From positions 31,805-95,804 of the forward strand of contig CAZEAI010000003.1 of NCBI GenBank assembly GCA_964510105.1: a stretch of DNA of 64,000 bases, read 5' to 3'. Source of the DNA: an uncultured bacterium (lineage in GTDB: Bacteria > Latescibacterota > MWCZ01). Both the position numbers and the translations under genes were made by a program. Positions 55,327 through 64,000 of this stretch are shown here, piece by piece; the stretch's first letter is position 1, and each line of letters begins with the position of its first letter. The notes beneath the pieces were generated by a model. It searched no databases and was not told the DNA's origin. It was given only the letters and a program-made list of their open reading frames with translations.

Positions 55327-55451
55327 CAACCCACCGCCTCGTTGGTTCATTTTGTATGACTGCTGGAACCGCCAGCACCCTCGCTCGTCACACAGTACAG
55401 CCCGGGAACCGCACGTCCTGTTCCTCGGTGGTCAGCAGGGAGGTGGCCGGT

Positions 55452-56237
55452 ATGAAACGCGAGACCCTTCTGCGGTTCACGCTCCTGGTGGCGCTGTCAC
55501 TCGCCGCCGGTGGATGCTACACGGTTCTCACTCACCCGCAGACTACGCCGGAACAGCACGTCACTGACACCGGTGACGTGCTCGCGCCGAACGACTGCTC
55601 GGGATGCCATTCGGGCAGCGAACTCTGGTCATACCACCACGACGCCTACTGGCTCGCCCCGAGCCATCATAGCAGCCTGTCCGGCCCGAGCCATCGCAAC
55701 AGCCTGTCGGGCTACTACGCCTACCGCTACGACCATCTCTTCGTCGGACATCGCTGGTACAATCGCCGTTACTACGATCGCTGGGCATGGTATTACTACC
55801 AGCCGTGGTGGATGTATGACCGCCATCCGCAGCGAGGAGACCATTACGGTCGGCCTGCCGAACAACGACCCACTAGGCATCTCGGCGACCGTCGCGATGG
55901 GTACGACCGTCAGGAGCCGCGCAGCGAGTTCACGCCATATATCGGACCGGGCACCGGCCCCATGACATTCTCGTCTCCGCTTCAGCCCGCGGCGTCGACC
56001 GGCTCGACGGGGCGAGCGCGAACCACTGGCGGCGGCGCTGAAGTGAACGCTGACACGTCGAACGAGCGCAAACTCGGAGATCGGCGGGCCGATCCTCCGG
56101 CTGCTGCGCCCACAACAACTCAGCCGTCGTCGTCCGGTGGCAGCAGGCCAGCGCAGGACGGCGCCAGCAGCGACTCCAACGACGACGGTGACGATGAGCA
56201 ACCTCAGCGGCGACGGCTAGGGGATCGACGCCGCTAG
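55452..56237 (+). CDS. lipoprotein with a single CxxCH motif and an extreme Trp/Tyr/Arg/His-rich low-complexity region
   Basis: Lipobox LAAGGC. NDCSGCHSG (CxxCH). RWYNRRYYDRWAWYYYQPWWMYDRHPQRGDHYGRP. C-terminal Ser/Asp-rich tail. The ORF-track N-extension from 54891 runs inside mutS2 and is rejected. Confidence 0.45.
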   Translation: MKRETLLRFTLLVALSLAAGGCYTVLTHPQTTPEQHVTDTGDVLAPNDCSGCHSGSELWSYHHDAYWLAPSHHSSLSGPSHRNSLSGYYAYRYDHLFVGHRWYNRRYYDRWAWYYYQPWWMYDRHPQRGDHYGRPAEQRPTRHLGDRRDGYDRQEPRSEFTPYIGPGTGPMTFSSPLQPAASTGSTGRARTTGGGAEVNADTSNERKLGDRRADPPAAAPTTTQPSSSGGSRPAQDGASSDSNDDGDDEQPQRRRLGDRRR

Positions 56238-56267
56238 TCGCCGGAAGTGGCACTGGAAGGTGATACC

Positions 56268-57593
56268 ATGACGGGTGCATGGCTTCGGCGAGTCGGCCTC
56301 ACGTTTGCCGGTCTCTTGGTCGCGACACAGACGGCCTCTGCTCAGCAGATTCTGGATATCCGGGATTTCCGAATGGACCTCGGTTTCCAGATCACGGGCG
56401 GATTCGTCGGCGTCGGTGCACGGGAAATGGGGATGGGGGGCGCAGCTCTGGCTGGCGTGTCAGACGGGAGCGCCCTGTACTGGAACCCGGCGGCGCTCAC
56501 GAGAGTTCGCAGAATGGAGCTTCTCGCTGGCCTATCGCGCGCGGGCTCTTCACCCACCACTACCATGGGTCTCGCTCATCCCGTGGATGCAAGCGCATCC
56601 GCAGCGTTCACGCGACTCAACGCCGCCGTCATCACAGCGCCCTATCCTGCATACCGGGGCGGACTGACATTCGCCATCGGATATGATCGTCCTGGCGACT
56701 ACACCTATCGTTCCGAGCAACGGGGACCCTTTTCCCGGAACGGCGCTGACTACGACCAAGTAGATGATGTCCGTCAGGAGGGAGGGCTTTCCCAGCTTTC
56801 CATCGGGTTCGGAGTCGAGATATCTCAGCAGGTGGCAGTCGGCTTGTCAAGCACTTGGTACCGTGGCGATCTGAGCGTTCGTCGCGAACTGACTCTGGCA
56901 CCAACCGACGGAGGCGGGCAGCTCTACGGGGTGTTCAGGCAGAACTCCGATATCAGCGGCTACATGGTCACTGCCGGAACTACGGCTCAGCTCCCCCATG
57001 GACTTGTTCTTGGTCTCGCAGCAACACCACCCGTGACGTACACCGTCGACGGCACCTTCGGTGACGCCTACAACGATTTTCCGGAAGAAGAAGAGGGCCA
57101 GTATCGATACAAGGTGGAGGGCCCGTGGGTCCTCGGCACGGGGTTGGCGTGGACAACGTACGCTCTCACCATCGCCACCGACATCTGGTTCGTCGACTGG
57201 AGCCAGGCAACGTTCAAGGAAAGCCCGTTCGCGGCGGGGTCCGAGGCGTCACCGGGCACGCCGAACGCAGACACATATTTCAGAGACTACTACGACAGCC
57301 CCATCCGATGGCACGTGGGCCTGGAGGCGCTCCTGCCGTGGATAGCCACCGTGGCCCGCGTGGGCTACTACTCGAATCCCGATCCGTTCGCCGGCCCGGT
57401 GCTTTCCACCGGCGAAGCCGTCACGTACACCGAGCGCGCGGGCTACTTCACGGCCGGGCTGGGCTGGCTCATCGACGACACGGTGACCGTGGATCTCGCT
57501 TACACCACCGGCGGGGACGAGTATCGCGCGGGCACGCTGACCGAGACCCGCAACAGCGATTCCGCGTTCCTCACCGTCGGATTCAGGCTCTGA
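56268..57593 (+). CDS. outer-membrane beta-barrel protein of the FadL/PorV-like superfamily (second copy in window)
   Basis: Signal peptide (LLVATQTASAQQ). Family signature GMGGAALAGVSDGSALYWNPAALT. Amphipathic beta-strand-like composition, C-terminal TVGFRL. Confidence 0.5.
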   Translation: MTGAWLRRVGLTFAGLLVATQTASAQQILDIRDFRMDLGFQITGGFVGVGAREMGMGGAALAGVSDGSALYWNPAALTRVRRMELLAGLSRAGSSPTTTMGLAHPVDASASAAFTRLNAAVITAPYPAYRGGLTFAIGYDRPGDYTYRSEQRGPFSRNGADYDQVDDVRQEGGLSQLSIGFGVEISQQVAVGLSSTWYRGDLSVRRELTLAPTDGGGQLYGVFRQNSDISGYMVTAGTTAQLPHGLVLGLAATPPVTYTVDGTFGDAYNDFPEEEEGQYRYKVEGPWVLGTGLAWTTYALTIATDIWFVDWSQATFKESPFAAGSEASPGTPNADTYFRDYYDSPIRWHVGLEALLPWIATVARVGYYSNPDPFAGPVLSTGEAVTYTERAGYFTAGLGWLIDDTVTVDLAYTTGGDEYRAGTLTETRNSDSAFLTVGFRL

Positions 57594-57745
57594 GCGCCAA
57601 CCCATGACTCGTGGCGGGTAGGGTTACCCGGCCCGCCGCGCTACCTTCCTACGTCGCTCGCGCCGATGACAATCGCGGCGCTCTCCAGATCGCTTACCGA
57701 CGACGTGCGACTCGCGTGCGAGTTCCTCGACGTACCTGAGATTCA

Positions 57746-58897
57746 ATGCGATACGCAATTCTCTACTTCGCGCATTTCTTCGCATACGGCTGTTACGGCC
57801 CGTACCTCTCGCTCTACCTCGGGCGCACGCTGGGTTACGGCCAGACCGAGATCGGCTGGATACTCGCAATCTTCGGTCTGACGGGACTCGCCGGGCCGTT
57901 CCTGTGGGGTCCTCTCGCCGAGCGCACCTCCCGCCGCCGGGCGATGTTCGTCGTCGGCTTCGCGCTGAGCGCGGTGATCTACCCGGTGTACATCGTGACG
58001 GGCTCCGTTACATCAGCGCTTATCCCGACGGTGCTCCTCGGCGCGGTGTTCATGCCGATCATCCCGCTCATCGACGACATCACGATGCGGCACGTCCGAG
58101 AAGCAGGCGCGGACTACGGTCACATCCGGCTCTGGGGATCGCTCTCGTTTATCGCGGCGAGTCTGACCGTCGGCTGGGCGATGGAAGCGCACGAGTGGGT
58201 TCAGTTCCCCGTGTTCGCGCTCGCTGAAATCATCGGGCTGGTCGTCATACTGACGTTCCCGGCGTCGGCGCTGAACTACCGCGCCGCGGAAACGAAGGAC
58301 CTCCACTTCTGGCGCGCGATGAGCGGCTCGTTCGTGATCTTCCTGATCGCTGCTTTCATCGGCCGTCTGGCGAACGTGGGGCACTACGTATTCTTCAGCC
58401 TGTATCTTGAGAGCATCGGCGTCGCAGACTCGATCAAAGGCGTGGCCTGGTCGGTCGGCGTGGTCGCCGAGATCGCCATGATGATCGTCGCGGGGCGTTT
58501 CATCGGACGATTCGGCGCTCGTGTGTTGTTCACCATCGGCCTCGTCGGCTCGGCGATCCGGTTCCTCGTCTACGTCTACCAACCGACCGTGGAAGGCGCG
58601 CTTGTCGGGCAGCTATTCCACGCGTTCTCTTTCGGCGCGCTCCACATCGGGTCGGTGACGCTGGTCTCGCAGCTAGCTCCGGAGGGACGCACCGGCACCG
58701 GTCAGATGGCGCACGCCGCGCTCTGCATTGGCGTCGGAACGACGGTCGGTTCGACGCTTGCGGGATATATGGCGGACGCGTGGGGATATCACGGCATGTA
58801 TCTCTGCTCTTCCGGCCTGGCGATACTTGCGGCGCTTGTCTTCGTGCCGCTGCTCCTGCAGCGCACCGCGGCACCGGTAACGGAGAGCGGAACATAG
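57746..58897 (+). CDS. MFS transporter
   Basis: 12 predicted TM helices. MFS loop motif between TM2 and TM3 (GPLAERTSRRR). Confidence 0.7.
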   Translation: MRYAILYFAHFFAYGCYGPYLSLYLGRTLGYGQTEIGWILAIFGLTGLAGPFLWGPLAERTSRRRAMFVVGFALSAVIYPVYIVTGSVTSALIPTVLLGAVFMPIIPLIDDITMRHVREAGADYGHIRLWGSLSFIAASLTVGWAMEAHEWVQFPVFALAEIIGLVVILTFPASALNYRAAETKDLHFWRAMSGSFVIFLIAAFIGRLANVGHYVFFSLYLESIGVADSIKGVAWSVGVVAEIAMMIVAGRFIGRFGARVLFTIGLVGSAIRFLVYVYQPTVEGALVGQLFHAFSFGALHIGSVTLVSQLAPEGRTGTGQMAHAALCIGVGTTVGSTLAGYMADAWGYHGMYLCSSGLAILAALVFVPLLLQRTAAPVTESGT

Positions 58898-59002
58898 CCT
58901 GCGGTGGAGCGCTTGCGCGCAACGCGGTAGCGCTCAGCCGCGATAGACGGGCGCTCGCCGGCCCATCACACGTCCGCGCTCAACCGTGACACGTGGGCGC
59001 AG

Positions 59003-59107
59003 GCAGGCTGCGTGGCGACAGCCTGCGCCTGACGGCGACGAAGTCGCCGCAGAACGTTTTCGCGTCGGCACTCGACGCGAAAACGTTGAACGACGCGCTT
59101 GCGCGTC
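59003..59107. promoter_or_regulatory. cluster of four consecutive GC-rich palindromes/hairpins between the MFS and DAACS genes
   Basis: GCAGGCTG/CAGCCTGC (59003-59026); GGCGAC-GAA-GTCGCC (59034-59048); perfect 15-bp stem AACGTTTTCGCGTCG-gcact-CGACGCGAAAACGTT (59053-59087); GACGCGC-TT-GCGCGTC (59092-59107). Confidence 0.5.
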
Positions 59108-59191
59108 GCGGGCTTGTTGAGCCGGGGCCACCCCCATAGCTTAAGATTGATCGAACGATTCCCTACGAACCTCCGAGCAAAGGCGGCCGGC

Positions 59192-60433
59192 ATGGGCAGC
59201 GGGCAAAGATGGCTCTTCCGCGCGATGATCGTCGGTATCGTCGCGGGAGGAGTGACGGGCTACTATTTCGGCCCGGAGATGATGGCAGTCGGCTGGATCG
59301 GAGAGCTGTTCCTCCGCGCGCTGAAGATGATCATCGTTCCGCTCGTCGTGAGCTCGATGGTTGTCGGCATCGGCACGCTGGGGGATGTCCGGAAGATGGG
59401 CCGGACGGGTGCGTACACCGTCGGGTACTACGCGGCGACAACGGGCCTCGCGGTGGTCCTCGGCATCATCCTCGTAATCATCATCCAACCCGGATCGCGC
59501 GTCGCGCTCGGCGCGGCGGCTATTCCTGACCGCGTGGTGGGCAAGGAGTCGATCGGCTTCACCGACATTATCCTGAGCCTGTTCAGCACGAACATCATGA
59601 AGTCCATGTCCGACATGGAGATACTCCCCGTCATCGTCTTCTCGCTTGTGTTTGGCGGTATCCTGACGACGCTCGGAGAGAAGGGCCGGAAGGTCCTGGC
59701 GATCTTCGACGGCGTCAACGAAGCCATCATGAAGATGGTGCACCTCATCATGTATCTCGCGCCGGTGGGAGTGTTCGCGCTCATCGCGGCGCGGCTGGGA
59801 AGCGCCGGCGGCGGGGAGCTGTTCCTCGCCGAGGTTATGAAGATCGGCATGTACTCGCTGACCGTCATCACGGGCCTGGGCTTCCACGCGGTCGTGACAC
59901 TACCCCTGATCCTGTTCCTCATCGCTCGTCGCTCGCCACGCGAGTACGCGCTGGGAATGGGGCAGGCATTCGCCACCGCGTTCTCCACGGCATCGAGCTC
60001 GGCGACGCTGCCGGTGACGCTTGAGGGAACCATCGAGAACAATCGTGTGACGCCGTCGTCCGCGAAGTTCGTCTGCCCGCTCGGGGCAACGATCAACATG
60101 GACGGCACCGCTCTGTACGAGGCGGTCGCAGTGATCTTCATCGCCCAGGCGTCGGGCATCGCGCTGGGACCGTATGAGCTGATCGTCATCTTCCTGACGG
60201 CCACGCTGGCCGCCATCGGAGCGGCGGGCATCCCCGAGGCCGGGCTCGTGACGATGGTGATCGTCCTGCGCGCGGTGAATCTCCCGCTGGAAGGCATCGG
60301 GCTGATCCTCGCCATCGACTGGTTCCTCGACCGGTGTCGCACGACGGTGAATGTCTGGGGCGATGCTGTCGGCGCCGCCGTGGTGGACCGCCTGGCCGGC
60401 CCCGCGCAGGGCGCTGAGCCTGACGAATCCTAG
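59192..60433 (+). CDS. dicarboxylate/amino acid:cation symporter (DAACS/GltP family)
   Basis: Family-typical helical hairpins and motifs (PVGVFALIA, TASSSATLP, AVIFIAQ, GIPEAGLV). Confidence 0.8.
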   Translation: MGSGQRWLFRAMIVGIVAGGVTGYYFGPEMMAVGWIGELFLRALKMIIVPLVVSSMVVGIGTLGDVRKMGRTGAYTVGYYAATTGLAVVLGIILVIIIQPGSRVALGAAAIPDRVVGKESIGFTDIILSLFSTNIMKSMSDMEILPVIVFSLVFGGILTTLGEKGRKVLAIFDGVNEAIMKMVHLIMYLAPVGVFALIAARLGSAGGGELFLAEVMKIGMYSLTVITGLGFHAVVTLPLILFLIARRSPREYALGMGQAFATAFSTASSSATLPVTLEGTIENNRVTPSSAKFVCPLGATINMDGTALYEAVAVIFIAQASGIALGPYELIVIFLTATLAAIGAAGIPEAGLVTMVIVLRAVNLPLEGIGLILAIDWFLDRCRTTVNVWGDAVGAAVVDRLAGPAQGAEPDES

Positions 60434-60443
60434 AGGTGCGCCC

Positions 60444-61544
60444 ATGAAGCACCTGCGTCCGCTCCGTATACTCCTCACCGGCTCCGGCGCCCCGGGCGCA
60501 TGGGGCCTCATCGGTGCGCTCCGCTCCGGTGCCGACCGCGACGTAGCCATCGTAGGGGTGGACATGCGCTCCGACGCCGTCGGCTTCGCCATCTGCGACC
60601 GGTCTCATGCTATCCCGTCCGCGTCGTCGCCCGAGTTCGCAAGTCAACTCCTCGGTCTGTGCGAAGCGGAGAAGATCGACGTCGTACTGCCGCTGGTGAC
60701 GCGTGAACTGCCGATTTCCGCAGCGCGCCGCGATGAGTTCGAGGCCGTCGGCACACACGTGGTCGTCTCGCCGCCCGAAGTGATCGCGCTCATGAACGAC
60801 AAGGCGGCGGCGATCGAGACCGTTCGCGCCGCCGGCCTTCCGGCGCCGGATTCACACGCTGTCCATAGCGTGGACGAGATGCGCGACGCGGCAACGGCGC
60901 TCGGGTATCCGGGCGTTCCCGTTGTTGTGAAACCATGCAGCGCCAACGGCGGACGCGGGGCTCGCATCCTCGACCCGTCAGTCGATCGATTGCGTCTGTT
61001 GCTTGAGGAAAAGCCGTCATCGCTACTCAGCACGCTCGACGACGTGACCGAGACGCTGCGCGGCGCGGACCCGTTCCCGCCGTACGTCGTCATGGAGTAT
61101 CTGCCCGGCGACGAGTACTCCGTGGACTGCCTCACCGACGGCCCACGCGCGCTGGCTGTAGTGCCGCGCAGCCGCGACCACGTTCGGTCGGGCGTCTCCT
61201 TCATCGGCACCGCGGTCCACGATACCGCCATCATCGACCTGTGCGAGAAAATGACGGCGGTGTTCCAGCCGTACGGGCCCGTGGGGTATCAGCTTCGCCG
61301 CGACGCAGCCGGTGTCGCGAAGCTCATCGAGGTGAACCCGCGCCTTCAGGGCACGACGGCGCTCGCGGTCGCCGCCGGGGCGAATATCCCGTGGCTCGCC
61401 GTTCGACTCGCGCTCGGCGAGTCGGTCGACGTCGGACCGATCGCGTGGGGCACGCGCATCATCCGGTACTGGGGCGACACATTCCGCGCGCCGGACGGCC
61501 GAATCATCGAGCCGCCGTCGGCCGGACCGGAGTCTACGTCGTGA
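60444..61544 (+). CDS. ATP-grasp domain protein (carboxylate-amine ligase-like)
   Basis: Pre-ATP-grasp and ATP-grasp elements (VVVKPCSANGGRGARIL; YVVMEYLPGDEYSVD; LIEVNPRLQG). AGAGG RBS before the ATG. Confidence 0.65.
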   Translation: MKHLRPLRILLTGSGAPGAWGLIGALRSGADRDVAIVGVDMRSDAVGFAICDRSHAIPSASSPEFASQLLGLCEAEKIDVVLPLVTRELPISAARRDEFEAVGTHVVVSPPEVIALMNDKAAAIETVRAAGLPAPDSHAVHSVDEMRDAATALGYPGVPVVVKPCSANGGRGARILDPSVDRLRLLLEEKPSSLLSTLDDVTETLRGADPFPPYVVMEYLPGDEYSVDCLTDGPRALAVVPRSRDHVRSGVSFIGTAVHDTAIIDLCEKMTAVFQPYGPVGYQLRRDAAGVAKLIEVNPRLQGTTALAVAAGANIPWLAVRLALGESVDVGPIAWGTRIIRYWGDTFRAPDGRIIEPPSAGPESTS

Positions 61545-61557
61545 GGCTCGAACGCTG

Positions 61558-63468
61558 ATGTGTGGAATCGCCGGGCTGTGGCATCGGGACGGCAAACCAG
61601 TCGACCGCGATACACTCGCGCGGATGACGACTATACTGGCGCACCGCGGCCCGGATGATAGCGGCCTGCACGTCGATGGCGAAGCCGGCCTGGGCCATCG
61701 ACGACTCTCCATCATCGACCTGTCTCCTGCCGGTCATCAGCCCATGGCGAACGACGATGGAACCCTCCACATCACCTACAACGGCGAGATATACAACTAC
61801 ATCGAACTCCGCGACGAGCTGAGTTCGTACGGCGCGTCGTTTCGTTCGTCGTCGGATACGGAGGTGCTGCTCAAGGCGTACAAACACTGGGGCGCGGAGT
61901 GCGTAACGCGGCTCAACGGGATCTGGGCGTTCGCGGTCTGGGACTCGCAGAAGCGGGAGCTGTTCTGCTCGCGCGACAGGTTCGGCGTCAAGCCCTTCCA
62001 CTACGCCGAAGTCGGCGACACGTTCGTCTTCGGGAGTGAGGCGAAGGCGGTTCTCGCGTCGGATCTCGTGGAGAGAGCGCCGAACTGGGAAGTCATCCAC
62101 CGGTATCTCGCGCTGAATCTCACACACGTGAATTCGCAGACGTTCTTCCGGGATATCCGCGAGCTTCCCGCGGCGCACAACCTCACCGTGACGCGACACG
62201 GCCTCGAACTGGTCCGGCACTGGGACCTGCCTCCGGTGGGGCCAGCGGACGAGCGGTCCGACGAAGCGTGGATGCGCGAGTACTCCGACCTGCTCGACGA
62301 TTCGACTCGACTCCAGATGCGCAGCGACGTGCCGGTGGGATGTTGCCTCTCAGGCGGCCTCGACTCGACGTCGCTCACGCAGCGGGCCGCCGAGCGGTCG
62401 TCGATTCCGATGGAGACGTTCACCGCATACCTCCCGCACCCAAGCTACGACGAGCGGGAGCCTGTACACGCATTCGCCGAGCGGATGAGCGGGCAGATCT
62501 CACCGCACCTCGTCGCCCCGGATCTCGATTCCTGGTTCGACGAGCACAAACGCGTCGTCTACCATCACGACGAACCCCACGCGGGGCTCATCGCCGCGGC
62601 GCAGTGGGAAGTGATGCGGAGGGCGCACGACTGCGGCGTGAAGGTGCTGCTGGATGGCCAGGGCGCGGACGAGTCGCTGGGCGGGTACAACTTCTTCATC
62701 GAGAGCCTCGCGGCGGATATGCTTCGCGGCGGAAACGTAGTCGGCACGATGCGCCTCCTGACCGAATTCGAGGACCGGCGCGGATCCGGTGTGCTGACCG
62801 GCCTCGGTCGGCTCGGGAGAACGGCGCTCAGGGCGACACGGTCGCGGTCGAGCCTCTACGCGCTTGAGGGGGCGGTCGCACAACGCGCGCTGCCTCTGGA
62901 CGCGAGCTGGCTGGGAGAGATGGGCTCTCTTCGCGTTCCGACGATTCAGCGCGCGGGCTCGCGGCTGGATTCCGAAATCGCCACCGCTCTGCAGACGACT
63001 ATGCTGCCGACACTCCTCACGTTCGAGGATCGTTCGAGCATGGCGTTCTCCATCGAATCCCGCGTTCCATACCTCGACCACCGACTCGTCGAACTTGCGT
63101 TCGGCCTGCCACGGCATCTGCGTGTGGAGGGAACGCGCACGAAGGTCATCCTGCGCCGAATCATGGAGAATCGGCTACCGGCGGAGATCGTCGACGCGAA
63201 ACTCAAGAAGGTGTTCGGCACGCCGTACCAACTCTGGTTCAGCCCGGCGCTCATGGGCGCTGCTCGGGAGCTGCTCGGAGACAGGGCGTTCAGAGAGCGG
63301 CCGTTCGTCGACGGTGAGCGGCTGGAGCGCTGGATGGGAGGCTGGCCCCGTGGCGCCGGCGACCGAAGGATGGCGTTTCAGGTGTGGAACATGGTGAATC
63401 TGGAACTGTGGTTCCGCATAGCGGTCGACCGTACGCTCTCGGTGACTCCCGCAACGACCAGCGCGTAG
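61558..63468 (+). CDS. asnB: asparagine synthetase (glutamine-hydrolysing) family amidotransferase
   Basis: N-terminal MCGIAG Ntn nucleophile, GHRRLSIIDL, PP-loop SGGLDS, C-terminal synthetase domain. Confidence 0.85.
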   Translation: MCGIAGLWHRDGKPVDRDTLARMTTILAHRGPDDSGLHVDGEAGLGHRRLSIIDLSPAGHQPMANDDGTLHITYNGEIYNYIELRDELSSYGASFRSSSDTEVLLKAYKHWGAECVTRLNGIWAFAVWDSQKRELFCSRDRFGVKPFHYAEVGDTFVFGSEAKAVLASDLVERAPNWEVIHRYLALNLTHVNSQTFFRDIRELPAAHNLTVTRHGLELVRHWDLPPVGPADERSDEAWMREYSDLLDDSTRLQMRSDVPVGCCLSGGLDSTSLTQRAAERSSIPMETFTAYLPHPSYDEREPVHAFAERMSGQISPHLVAPDLDSWFDEHKRVVYHHDEPHAGLIAAAQWEVMRRAHDCGVKVLLDGQGADESLGGYNFFIESLAADMLRGGNVVGTMRLLTEFEDRRGSGVLTGLGRLGRTALRATRSRSSLYALEGAVAQRALPLDASWLGEMGSLRVPTIQRAGSRLDSEIATALQTTMLPTLLTFEDRSSMAFSIESRVPYLDHRLVELAFGLPRHLRVEGTRTKVILRRIMENRLPAEIVDAKLKKVFGTPYQLWFSPALMGAARELLGDRAFRERPFVDGERLERWMGGWPRGAGDRRMAFQVWNMVNLELWFRIAVDRTLSVTPATTSA

Positions 63469-63484
63469 ACACGCCCTGCATCGA

Positions 63485-64000
63485 CTACCGTGGAGCAACC
63501 TCCGTCTCGTGCTCGTCGAGCACTTCCACGTCGTAGGCGCGCCCTTCACGCCCGTGAGAACTATCGCACTGCCGTTCGCACTCGCGCTTGTAGATGGTCT
63601 TTCCGGCCTCGCTTGGGTAGTCCGCGGTGACGCAGGCGGTGCATAGGTGGTCGTGCTTCAGCCCTATCGACGGTGCTACATCCGGGACGGGCAGGTACCG
63701 CAACGAATCCGCCTCAAGGCGCTCGGCCATGGCCGCGCTCATCCGATTCAACTCCTCGCCTGAGTATCCCTGCGAGAGGAAGTTGGGCGCGAACAGCTCG
63801 TTGAGCGTGGACATGTCGATCCCGTAGAAACAGGGCGCTATCACCGGCGGAGAGCCGATGCGAACGTGTACCTCCCGCGCCCCTTCTTCACGCGTCCGGC
63901 GCACGAGATCGCGCAGCGTCGTCGAGCGCACGAGGCTGTCCTCAACGAGGAACACGCGCTTGCCGCGCATGACACTCGGAAGGAGCGTGTATTTGCGCCG
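63485..64000 (-). CDS. purF: amidophosphoribosyltransferase, C-terminal part (gene continues beyond the window)
   Basis: PRTase motif VFLVEDSLVRSTT and flanking PurF C-domain residues. The ORF is open at the window edge. Confidence 0.75.
   Translation of the reverse strand, partial: RRKYTLLPSVMRGKRVFLVEDSLVRSTTLRDLVRRTREEGAREVHVRIGSPPVIAPCFYGIDMSTLNELFAPNFLSQGYSGEELNRMSAAMAERLEADSLRYLPVPDVAPSIGLKHDHLCTACVTADYPSEAGKTIYKRECERQCDSSHGREGRAYDVEVLDEHETEVAPR

Noticed and set aside
54891-55451. N-terminal 187-aa extension of the aromatic-rich lipoprotein ORF
   Set aside because: The extension lies inside mutS2 in another frame. The signal peptide and lipobox begin at the internal ATG 55452.
1-64000. 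CRISPR arrays and rRNA genes
   Set aside because: No regularly spaced 25-40-bp repeats with unique spacers and no rRNA-like conserved stretches were seen. No tRNA TΨC-arm-like motifs were found in the intergenic spacers that were inspected; the rest was not scanned for tRNAs. The only tandem repeat (32926-33034) has no spacers.

Overview
High-GC (roughly two-thirds G+C by eye) bacterial chromosomal segment with dense, mostly non-overlapping genes. No rRNA genes or CRISPR arrays were seen; no tRNA TΨC-arm-like motifs were seen in the intergenic spacers inspected. Recognisable housekeeping genes include the Mur-ligase (Mpl-like) C-terminus, thrB, rsmD, priA, maf, lysS, an M32 carboxypeptidase, lolCE/lolD, mcsA-mcsB-clpC, tamB-like, GTP-dependent PEPCK, rpsU, yqeY, cvpA, mutS2, a DAACS symporter, asnB and the purF C-terminus. 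These are interleaved with accessory-looking blocks. (1) A cytoplasmic glycoside-hydrolase operon holds two tandem GH2 paralogs plus an 888-aa unknown, with a third GH2 nearby. (2) A four-gene polyamine-type operon encodes an RGG-tailed unknown, a DUF43/BpsA-like aminopropyltransferase, a small pyruvoyl AdoMetDC (ESHxSIHTWPE motif) and a DUF2156 (MprF C-terminal-like) transferase. (3) A visibly lower-GC ~2 kb island carries a tight three-gene operon headed by a DUF4062 (TIR/NDT-clan) domain fused to three C-terminal TM helices. This is the best candidate here for an undescribed defence or abortive-infection-like module. (4) An ECF sigma factor is fused to a class I SAM methyltransferase. (5) Two separate lipoprotein plus FadL/PorV-like outer-membrane barrel pairs are present, one lipoprotein carrying a CxxCH motif and an extreme Trp/Tyr/Arg/His-rich tail. 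(6) A 22-bp iteron-like tandem repeat array lies in the divergent promoter region upstream of lysS, and a cluster of GC-rich palindromes lies upstream of the DAACS symporter. All calls rest on motif recognition by eye from the translated ORFs; no database searches were run.
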